Shown here one piece after another: positions 8,815 through 16,316 of a DNA stretch of 64,000 bases. Numbering within the stretch: the stretch's first letter is position 1; every line of letters begins with the position of its first letter. A program made the translations under genes and the position numbers. Origin of the DNA: an uncultured Verrucomicrobiae bacterium (GTDB lineage Bacteria > Verrucomicrobiota > Verrucomicrobiia > Limisphaerales > UBA11358); assembly GCA_963780535.1 (NCBI GenBank), contig CAWACS010000025.1, positions 2,396 through 66,395 of the forward strand, given 5' to 3'. The notes under the pieces were generated by a model that was not told where the DNA came from, searched no databases, and saw nothing but the letters and a program-made list of their open reading frames with translations.

Positions 8815-8955
8815 AAACTTCCTGACCGCCACGGTTCAGGAAGTTCGAACACAAAATGTCATCTTGTAAAATGCAGAATTTTAACCCTTCAGTCGCCTCG
8901 GTGTTTTCGTTTGCCCGCACTCGACAGCCCGCCCTTCCGTTGTTAGCGTTCGGCC

Positions 8956-9981
8956 ATGAATTTTCTGGTCACCGGCGGCGCGGGCTTCATCGGCTCGCAC
9001 GTTTGCGAACGGCTGCTGCGCGATGGCCACGCCGTCTGGGCCCTGGATGACCTGAATTCGTTTTACAGCCCGGCGGTCAAGGAAAAAAATCTCAAGGAAA
9101 TCTCGGCCCTCGGCAAACCATTCACCTTCGTTTCCAAGAACTTGTCCGACGTGAAGGCCCTGGAAAATTTATTCGCGCAGGTCCGGTTCGATCAGGTCAT
9201 CCATCTCGCGGCCCGCGCCGGCGTCCGGCCCAGCCTGGATGAACCGGAATTTTTCCAGCAGGTCAATGTCGAGGGCACGGTCAATGTGCTGGAAGCGGCA
9301 AGGCGGCATGGCGTAAAAAAGGCCCTGCTGGCCTCGTCTTCCTCGGTTTACGGCGTGAACACCAAGGTGCCTTTCTCGGAAAGCGACCCGGTGTTCTCGG
9401 TCATCTCGCCGTACGCCGCCAGCAAGCTGGCCTGCGAAGCCCTCGGCCACGTGTACCATTACGTTTATGGCATGGACGTGGTGATGCTCCGGTTCTTCAC
9501 GGTTTACGGCCCGCGCCAGCGGCCGGACCTTGCGATCCACAAATTCGCCAAGCTCATCCATGAAGGCAAACCCATCCCGGTTTTTGGCGACGGCTCCACG
9601 GAACGCGATTACACGTACATCAGCGACATCGTGGACGGCGTCTTCGCCTGCACGCAGAAGAAATTCGCCTATGAAATCTTCAATCTCGGCGGCTCGCAAA
9701 CCGTCAAATTGAGCCGCCTCATCGAGCTGCTGGAAACCGCGTTCGGCAAAAAGGCCATGCTTGACCGCAGCCCGCGCAACCAGGTGACGTACCCCGCACG
9801 TTTGCGGATATTGCCAAGGCGCGGGCGTTGCTGGGCTATCAGCCTCCCCCTGCAACCCGGCGACGTGCCCCGCACATATGCGGACCTGGCCAAGGCCCGG
9901 GCGTTGCTGGGCTACCAGCCGCATGTCAAAATCGAGGAAGGCATTCCGCAATTTGTGAGTTGGTTTCGCCAAAATCAGTGA
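8956..9981 (+). CDS. NAD-dependent epimerase/dehydratase (UDP-glucuronate 4-epimerase-like)
   Basis: 341 aa. N-terminal VTGGAGFIGSH Rossmann motif, YAASKLACE catalytic YxxxK, C-terminal QPGDVPRTYADLAKARALLGYQP. Contains an internal diverged 76-bp tandem duplication (see findings). Confidence 0.85.
   Translation: MNFLVTGGAGFIGSHVCERLLRDGHAVWALDDLNSFYSPAVKEKNLKEISALGKPFTFVSKNLSDVKALENLFAQVRFDQVIHLAARAGVRPSLDEPEFFQQVNVEGTVNVLEAARRHGVKKALLASSSSVYGVNTKVPFSESDPVFSVISPYAASKLACEALGHVYHYVYGMDVVMLRFFTVYGPRQRPDLAIHKFAKLIHEGKPIPVFGDGSTERDYTYISDIVDGVFACTQKKFAYEIFNLGGSQTVKLSRLIELLETAFGKKAMLDRSPRNQVTYPARLRILPRRGRCWAISLPLQPGDVPRTYADLAKARALLGYQPHVKIEEGIPQFVSWFRQNQ
9777..9920 (+). repeat. diverged tandem duplication, period 76 bp, inside the epimerase gene
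   Basis: 68-nt copies at 9777-9844 and 9853-9920, 58/68 identical by hand alignment, with an 8-nt linker. Confidence 0.85.
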
Positions 9982-9996
9982 TAGACTGTCCCCGCC

Positions 9997-10581
9997 ATGA
10001 GTTCACCGACGCCATTTAATCGCCCGGCCCTGACCGAGGCGCTGGACGCCTGGAAACAACTGCTCACCGCGCGCGGTTTCGCCACCGACCTGCGCTGGAT
10101 TTTCGAGGAAAATCTATGCTTTGAAAAAGCGCGCGGCGGCAAGGACGGTTTGCACCTCGGCTTTCAGACCAAATTCACGCCGCCGCCCGAGGACGCGCTG
10201 GACATCGCGTTCGACCACTTTTGCGAGGCGGACAAGCGCATCGTGCTTTACCGGCTTGGGGAAAACGCCGGGAAATCCATTTGCGTCCTGTTGTCCGACC
10301 CGTGGTTTGAAAACAAGGGCGAAGCCGACGGCTTTTTGCGCCGGGACGAATGGCGGGTGTCGTTTCATCCCGGCCCCAAGGAGGAGATCGAGGAAATCGT
10401 CGACCTGGGCCGCTGGCTGCGCCGGGTCAAACACGGCCGCGCCTTTCACGACCTGGACTTTTCCATGACACTGGCGGCTATTGACGAAATCAAAATCCAT
10501 GGCCGCGTGCTCATGCCCTACGAACGCTTCGCCTCGACGATGCTCAACCGTCTGCGCCGTTTTTTGGGGCAACCGGCTTAA
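9997..10581 (+). CDS. hypothetical protein
   Basis: 194-aa ORF with protein-like composition, no antisense competitor of better quality, and no family recognised. Confidence 0.5.
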   Translation: MSSPTPFNRPALTEALDAWKQLLTARGFATDLRWIFEENLCFEKARGGKDGLHLGFQTKFTPPPEDALDIAFDHFCEADKRIVLYRLGENAGKSICVLLSDPWFENKGEADGFLRRDEWRVSFHPGPKEEIEEIVDLGRWLRRVKHGRAFHDLDFSMTLAAIDEIKIHGRVLMPYERFASTMLNRLRRFLGQPA

Positions 10582-10592
10582 CGGACCGATAC

Positions 10593-10725
10593 GTAGGACA
10601 GGCGTCTCGCCTGTCTCAAATTTAAAAAACTCCCGCTTGAGCCGTATTGTGAACCACGGGCCCGCCGCGTACTGGCCGGTGGCGGGTTTGCTGAAAGATG
10701 GAGACAGGCGCGACGCCTGTCCTAC
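10593..10725. repeat. GTAG-type double-hairpin element, long form (133 bp)
   Basis: GTAGGACAGGCGTCTCGCCTGTCTC at 10593-10617 and GAGACAGGCGCGACGCCTGTCCTAC at 10701-10725. Lies between convergent gene ends. Confidence 0.8.
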
Positions 10726-10749
10726 AGCATCATTCCGGGCCCGGCATTC

Positions 10750-12006
10750 CTACCGCTTTCGCGGTGCAGACATCTCCGCAGGCGGCGCATTGGTGTTTGC
10801 CTGGTTTTCCTTTTTGAACGCGGAGCGCAGCAGCCAGTGATGCTTCAATCCCTGGACAAAATCGTCGGCATCTCCAACCGTTTTGGAAATGACCCCCAGC
10901 ATGTTCGTGTTGGCCTGGACCTGCGCGTTGAGGTTGCTGGTGATGCCGGCCAGTTGCAGGAGAATCGTCGTCAGATGGGTATCGGTGTTGGCGAGCAGTG
11001 TGTTGGCGTTGGTCAGGGCGCCCTGCAACTGCTCATTTCCATTGGTGCCCAGCGCCCAAACCAGCGGGCCGCCCGGCGCGCGCAGTTGTGCACTGGCGAT
11101 GGCGAGATTTGTGATCACCGGCTGCGTCTCGATGATGGTCGTGTTCAGGTTCAACGTCGCGCTGGCCGCGTTGTCCAGCACCGCGGCGAGTTTGTTCGTC
11201 AGCGCCAGCACATTCGGCAAGGCCTGCTGCACCTGCAGGACCATCGCCTGCAACTGGTCGGAGACCGGCGGTGTTTCCACGGCGCGCAGCCACGCGGTGT
11301 CATCACCCGGCTTGAAAATTTTGTAATGACGCACCCGGCCATCCCACGACGCCATAATGCGATTGCGATTGACGGTGTTGTCGTAAACGTAAAGCGAATC
11401 AGATTCAGGCTTCAATTCCGCGATACGCTCCAGATTGGTTGCATCCAGCATCGTAAAGGCGCCAAAGACCAGATTGGAACCGGCATCGAGAACATCCTGT
11501 GAGAGCTGCCATTTGCCGGGCTCTTCCATCACCAGCTCTTTCAATTCGTCAAGGGTCTTCACCGAGACCGGCTGCGTGACGACGACAGCATATCCGTTCG
11601 TCGCGCGGGTGACTTCCAATTGCCGCTGATTGAGAAATCCGGCGGCGTTGATTTTCACGTACGACCCGCCGGTCCAGATGTAGCGGAAAAAGGGGTCGCG
11701 GATTTCAAACACCACTTCGACGTTGTGCGGGTCGCGCGGCTGCATCGGGCGGACGCTGTCGATCTGCCCGACCGGAAAACCCATCATGTAAACCGGGTCG
11801 CCCACCGCCAAACCGGCCGAACTTTGAATGTAGGTGTGAAACTTCGCCTTGATGACGAACCAGCCCTTCCGCTCCGCCGTGTGGTAGAGGTAATAAACGA
11901 AGCCGAACAGCAGCAGCGCCGCCGCCAGAAAAACAAACCAACCCACGGCGCGTTCCATACGGCTCAGGCGCGTGCGCAGTTGCGGGGTCAGGTCTTGCAA
12001 GGCCAT
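10750..12006 (-). CDS. mlaD: MlaD/MCE-domain protein
   Basis: 418 aa. N-terminal TM helix, then GLAVGDPVYMMGFPVGQIDSV MCE core and a long helical Ala/Leu/Asn-rich C-terminus. Last gene of a permease-ATPase-MCE operon. Confidence 0.8.
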   Translation of the reverse strand: MALQDLTPQLRTRLSRMERAVGWFVFLAAALLLFGFVYYLYHTAERKGWFVIKAKFHTYIQSSAGLAVGDPVYMMGFPVGQIDSVRPMQPRDPHNVEVVFEIRDPFFRYIWTGGSYVKINAAGFLNQRQLEVTRATNGYAVVVTQPVSVKTLDELKELVMEEPGKWQLSQDVLDAGSNLVFGAFTMLDATNLERIAELKPESDSLYVYDNTVNRNRIMASWDGRVRHYKIFKPGDDTAWLRAVETPPVSDQLQAMVLQVQQALPNVLALTNKLAAVLDNAASATLNLNTTIIETQPVITNLAIASAQLRAPGGPLVWALGTNGNEQLQGALTNANTLLANTDTHLTTILLQLAGITSNLNAQVQANTNMLGVISKTVGDADDFVQGLKHHWLLRSAFKKENQANTNAPPAEMSAPRKR

Positions 12007-12065
12007 GGTTTTAAAGTTGGTTGCGCCAGATTATTTCCATTTCAACCGCGCGCTGTTTGTTTTTT

Positions 12066-12131
12066 CTTAATCATAATCTTAATCCTCATCTCCGACGGAT
12101 TGGGATTATGACGACCGATTAAGATTAAGAG
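12066..12131. repeat. inverted repeat built from NTAATC short units; contains the stop codon of the ATPase gene
   Basis: Left arm cttaatcataatcttaatcc, right arm gattaagattaagag (reverse complement ctcttaatcttaatc). The TAA at 12125-12127 (minus strand) lies in the right arm. Confidence 0.6.
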
Positions 12132-12910
12132 ATCAATTCAGCCGGTGCCGCCAGCAATTCTTTCACCACCGGGTCGTTTGCGGATTCCACCTCGTCCCAG
12201 CCGCCCAAGGGAAAGAATTTTTTATCGCGCAGCACCGCAAATTTCCGGCTCGCGTTCCGCCAGGGACGCAAATCGTCCGTCGTCGTGACCACCGTCAGCG
12301 GCCGTCCGCCGCACCAATCGTGTCCGCGCCACAATTGGTCAAGGAACCGCAGCCACCATTGCCGGTGCCGCGCGCCGAGACCGGCCAGCGGATTGTCCAG
12401 CAACAGCACTTCCGGTCGAAGCATCAGTGCCCGCGCCAGCGCCGCGCGCTGGCGCCAGTTGCCGCTCACCTTGGCCGGGGTGACCTCGGCCAGCGGCGTC
12501 AATTCCAGCAGCGCCAGCAGCGCCGCCACCTCGCGTGCCGCCTCATCCGGCGGCGAATCACGATGGTATTGCAGCGGCAGCGCCACGTTCTCCCGGATCG
12601 TCAACTGATTGAACAACTGCCCGCCTTCAAACACAAATCCCACCCGCAACCGCTCCGTCAGTTTCGTTTCGTCGAACCAGCGCATTTCCGTCCCGAACAG
12701 CTTGCAGTCGCCCTGCACCGGCGCCAACAATCCGGCGCTCAACAACAGGAAATCGCTCTTGCCGGAATGTTGCTGCCCGGCGACGGCCCAGAATTCCCCC
12801 GGCGCCACCGACCAGTTCACGTCTTCCAGCACGATGAAGCCGATGTCGCGCATGGCGCCGACACTTACGTCGCGCATTTCAATGACCGCCGTTTTTTCCG
12901 GTTCGCTCAT
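12125..12910 (-). CDS. MlaF-like ABC ATPase subunit with substituted catalytic motifs
   Basis: 261 aa. Walker A GQQHSGKS is present. Signature is VSGNWRQR (not LSGGQ), Walker B is LLLDNP (not DEP), the Q-loop reads FVFEGG, and the H-loop region reads VVTTTDD. Overlaps the permease gene by ATGA. Confidence 0.8.
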   Translation of the reverse strand: MSEPEKTAVIEMRDVSVGAMRDIGFIVLEDVNWSVAPGEFWAVAGQQHSGKSDFLLLSAGLLAPVQGDCKLFGTEMRWFDETKLTERLRVGFVFEGGQLFNQLTIRENVALPLQYHRDSPPDEAAREVAALLALLELTPLAEVTPAKVSGNWRQRAALARALMLRPEVLLLDNPLAGLGARHRQWWLRFLDQLWRGHDWCGGRPLTVVTTTDDLRPWRNASRKFAVLRDKKFFPLGGWDEVESANDPVVKELLAAPAELIS

Positions 12911-13767
12911 GTAACGAGGTAAAGCAGGATAAACAGCGCGTCAATCAACACGCACACGATGACGCCCTGCGATACCGCGCGCACGGCCACCCGCGAGACG
13001 TCCTCCAGCCGCAGCGGTCGCGCCAGGCCGTGATAACACGTCACAATGGCAATGAAGAATCCGAAGGCGAGGGTTTTCAGCGCCAGGAATGCAAAGTCCA
13101 GCCAGCTCAGCGCCCCGGCGATTTGCTTGAAATAATCGCCCGGCGTCAGCGGCACGTCCTGCAAAAACGCGAACAAATATCCGCTTACCAGCGCGCCGAT
13201 GATCAGATACACCGTCAGCGAAAAAACGCCCACGGCCATGCCGATGACGCGCGGCACAATCAGGTAATGCACCGGGTCAATGCCCAGCGCCTCCAGGGCC
13301 TCCACCTCGCCCAGCGCCCGTGCCGTGCCCAGTTCAATCACATGCGCCGTGCCCACGCGCGCCAGCACCAGCATCGCCGCCAGCAATGGTCCCAGTTCGC
13401 GCACCACCACAATCACCATGGTCGTGCCGAGATAATCCGTTGCGCCGAATTTTGCCAAAGCGGAAACCGTCTGGCCGATGACGAGAAATCCCAACGCCAG
13501 CGCCACAAAGATGAACATCGGCAGCATGGCCACGCCCGCGCGGGCGATTTCCTGCCGGATGCGCGGACGAACGACACTTCGCGCCGTCCGGGATTTCCGC
13601 AGCATGACGCCGAGCGTGATGAGGGCGAACGCCGCCAGTCCCTGCAAGGTGAGCAGGAACCGGAACAGCTTGAGTCCCAACAAATCCGTGTAGGCTTTCG
13701 GCAATTGCGCCTGGCGAATCAATTGCGTGTTCGCCAGTTCAAACGCCTTGGCCAGATTTTCCCGCAT
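12907..13767 (-). CDS. mlaE: MlaE-family ABC transporter permease
   Basis: VVVRELGPLLAAMLVLARVGTAHVIELGTARALGEVEALEALGIDP matches the MlaE core. The ATG at 13767 is preferred; a TTG at 13803 is also possible. Confidence 0.8.
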   Translation of the reverse strand: MRENLAKAFELANTQLIRQAQLPKAYTDLLGLKLFRFLLTLQGLAAFALITLGVMLRKSRTARSVVRPRIRQEIARAGVAMLPMFIFVALALGFLVIGQTVSALAKFGATDYLGTTMVIVVVRELGPLLAAMLVLARVGTAHVIELGTARALGEVEALEALGIDPVHYLIVPRVIGMAVGVFSLTVYLIIGALVSGYLFAFLQDVPLTPGDYFKQIAGALSWLDFAFLALKTLAFGFFIAIVTCYHGLARPLRLEDVSRVAVRAVSQGVIVCVLIDALFILLYLVT

Positions 13768-13830
13768 AAGCCCAGCGTAGGACTTGTGCCCCTGCCAGGT
13801 CAAAATAGTTTTTTCAAGTCATCAGGCACA

Positions 13831-15207
13831 GGGTGCATCTTGACACAGTCCTTAAGATTTAGAGAATTTAGGGGATAACGGTTCCTCGACCGGCAAAACA
13901 CAAACCATGCAAGCCGTGTCATCTAATGAAACCCATATCCAAAGTATCCAAACCGTTTCCCCGTCTGGCTGACATTGAACGGGAAGTGATGGCGGAAGCC
14001 CGCGAGTGGGGACGCCAACGACTCCAGGAACGCCTGCAAGAACTCGCCCAAGAAAGCGGCGAAGTTTTTCCCCCTCCGGCAACGGCGGCGAAGGCCTCTG
14101 AAGCTGCGCAGCGAGTTGGGTGAAGTAAAACTGACCGTTGATTACGGCCAGGACCCGCTGAGCGGCCAATGGGGTTGTCCGCTGCTTGGGGCATGGGAGT
14201 TAGGGCCGCATCAAAAGATTACCCCGGCCTACGCCCAGAAGCTCTGCTTTACCGTAACGGCCACCGGTTCCTATGAGGAGGCCGCGCAGGTGGCCAGCAC
14301 CTGGGCTCCAGAGATTGATGATTCGACCTTGCACGCGCTGGTGCAGCGGGTCGGCCAGCACGCCCAGGAACAGGCGCAGCGCCGGTATGAGCTTGCGCCG
14401 CAGGAACGCAGGCCTCAAGAGCCTGCCAGTCCGCTGGCCGTATTGATGGCCGACGGTTGCCAAATCCGCTATCGGGGTGCCGGTTGGGGCAAGCACAAAA
14501 CCCAGCAAGAGCGCGTAGAATGGCATGAATTGAAGCTGGGTGTCTTTTACCGACACGAAGCCTCCGGCCACAGCGAAGGCGGTCGTGGCCTCTTGATGGA
14601 CAAGATCGTTGTCAGTTGGCAGGAAGGGGCATTGGAACTGGGGCGGCGACTGAACTGGGAAGCTTTGAGGGAAGGGCTGGGCCGTGCCCAGCAGATGCTC
14701 TTCTTGGGAGACGGAGCCGACTGGGTGTGGAATCTCAAGCAGGATCGGTGGAAGGACGCAGTGGAACTTCTGGATTTTTACCACGGCAGCGAACACCTCT
14801 GGGATTTGGGTCGGGCGTTAAAGGGCCAAAGGGAGCCGGCACTCTCCCATTGGGTGCAACCCCTGCGACACCAACTGCGACACGGTAAGGAGAAACAAGT
14901 CTTGCGTCAGATTGCCAATCTTCAGAAACGGCGGGGGCAAACCGGAAAGGTGATCCGGCGCGAACAAGGCTACTTTCAGAACCACTCCGGTCGCATGAAC
15001 TACCAAGCAATCGCCAACCGAGGCTGGCCAATCGGGTCCGGGGCCGTCGAGTCAGCCTGCCGCCAAAAACAATGCCGCTTCAAACGCTGCGGCCAGTTCT
15101 GGACCCGAAACGGCCTTCGTAACCTCTGTGCCCTCGATGAAGCCCGTCGAAATCACCACTGGGATGAACTTTGGACCTCCAATTAAGGACAGTGTCAAGA
15201 TGCACCC
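13831..15207 (+). mobile_element. insertion sequence, ISKra4-family-like, 1377 bp
   Basis: IRL GGGTGCATCTTGACACAGTCCTTAA (13831-13855). The reverse complement of IRR (15183-15207) is GGGTGCATCTTGACACTGTCCTTAA, 24/25 identical. The 9-bp direct repeat TCAGGCACA lies at 13822-13830 and 15208-15216. Encodes a DDE-type transposase. Confidence 0.85.
13926..15186 (+). CDS. IS transposase, split over two overlapping frames (13926..14123 and 14116..15186)
   Basis: The downstream part has LMADGCQIRY, FLGDGADWVWN, FYHGSEHLW, GWPIGSGAVESACRQ-KQCRFKR, which I recall as ISKra4-type. The second frame is open from 13990. The join needs +1 and probably falls at the T5C5 run at 14065-14075. Confidence 0.7.
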
Positions 15208-15249
15208 TCAGGCACAGGGTATGTCTGAACGCACATCGAATTGAAATAA

Positions 15250-15291
15250 CTCCCTCGCCCCGCCCAAGCGGGAGAGGGTTGGGCGAGGGGA
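15250..15291. repeat. CTCCCTC...GAGGG hairpin repeat (copy 3)
   Basis: ctccctcgccccgcccaagcgggagagggttgggcgagggga, about 35 nt after the IS right end. Confidence 0.7.
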
Positions 15292-15332
15292 TTCGCTTTT
15301 GCCGTTTTTCATCCTTCTTTCTCGTTTTGTTT

Positions 15333-15356
15333 CTTTGCGTCTTTGCGTCTTTGCGC
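15333..15356. repeat. tandem octamer (CTTTGCGT) x3
   Basis: ctttgcgt ctttgcgt ctttgcgc read directly, 14 nt upstream of the next start codon. Confidence 0.8.
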
Positions 15357-15369
15357 TAAAAAATAGCGC

Positions 15370-16137
15370 ATGTTCGCCTCGCTGCTTTCAGGTTTGCTGA
15401 ACATTGATTATCTGATTCACAACATCTGGCTGTTGTTGGTTTTTGCCTTCCAAATCTGGATGTTCGTTGACGCAATTCGGCGACAGGAATGGATTTGGGC
15501 GGTTTTCATTTTTATCGGCTGGGGAATTACGGCGTTACTTTATTTCTTCCTCGTCTATCGGGCGACACCATCCGCAACGCGTGGATTTGAACTGCCCGGC
15601 GCGCAAAGCCGCAAACGCATCAAGGAACTTCAGGCGCAAATCCATCACCTCGACAACGCTTACCACTATTTCCAACTGGGTGACGTTTATTTTCAACGCG
15701 GCCAACTGGCCGAAGCGGAAAAATGTTACCGCGCCGCGCTCGAACGGGATGCCACCGACCTTGACGCCCGCGCGCATCTGGGCCAATGCCTCGTCCGCCT
15801 GAATCGTCCAGCCGAGGCGCGGCCGTTGCTCGAAAGCGTCATGCTTGAAAAGCCCGAGCACGATTACGGCCACACGATGATGGCGCTGGCGGAAACGCTG
15901 ACCGCGCTGGGTGAAACCGACCACGCGCTTCAGTATTGGCAGCATATCACCCAGAACCATTCCTACCCGCGTGCCAAGGTGCAATTGGCCGAGCTTTATT
16001 TGGCGAGGAATCAGCCGGAGCTGGCGCGGGCGGAATTGAAGGACGTCGTCAGCGACGACCAGCATGCACCGGCCTTCCAGCGCAAACGCGACCGCGTCTG
16101 GGTCCGGCGCGCGAAAAGTTTGATGGGGAAATTGTAG
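15370..16137 (+). CDS. membrane protein with PLD-nuclease-N-terminal-like TM domain and TPR repeats
   Basis: N-terminus WMFVDAIRRQEWIWAVFIFIGWGITALLYFF (PLDc_N-like). TPR-like helices YFQLGDVYFQRGQLAEAEKCYRAALERD. The TAG stop lies inside the following repeat arm. Confidence 0.7.
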   Translation: MFASLLSGLLNIDYLIHNIWLLLVFAFQIWMFVDAIRRQEWIWAVFIFIGWGITALLYFFLVYRATPSATRGFELPGAQSRKRIKELQAQIHHLDNAYHYFQLGDVYFQRGQLAEAEKCYRAALERDATDLDARAHLGQCLVRLNRPAEARPLLESVMLEKPEHDYGHTMMALAETLTALGETDHALQYWQHITQNHSYPRAKVQLAELYLARNQPELARAELKDVVSDDQHAPAFQRKRDRVWVRRAKSLMGKL

Positions 16138-16265
16138 GACAGGCGTCGCGCCTGTCTCCGTCTTCAACCGTCACGCCATACCCGGAAATCTATGTTTTCG
16201 ATCAGGAAATGCCCGCCTCAAGGCGGCAAATCCGGAATCAGAGACAGGCGCGATGCCTGTCCTAC
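16134..16265. repeat. GTAG-type double-hairpin element, long form (132 bp)
   Basis: GTAGGACAGGCGTCGCGCCTGTCTC at 16134-16158 and GAGACAGGCGCGATGCCTGTCCTAC at 16241-16265. Confidence 0.8.
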
Positions 16266-16316
16266 GCTACCCGCTTTTGCCTTTCTCGCATGTGACAATT
16301 TCCCCATTATGCGCGA

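Noticed and set aside
9828-10019. 63-aa ORF overlapping the end of the epimerase gene
   Set aside because: It is not an independent gene. It is the alternative frame through copy 1 of the 76-bp duplication and runs into nonsense afterwards.
14061-14077. Programmed ribosomal frameshift in the transposase
   Set aside because: The required shift is +1, whereas IS elements typically use -1 on A-rich heptamers. A homopolymer indel is the simpler explanation. It is kept as a low-interest finding only.
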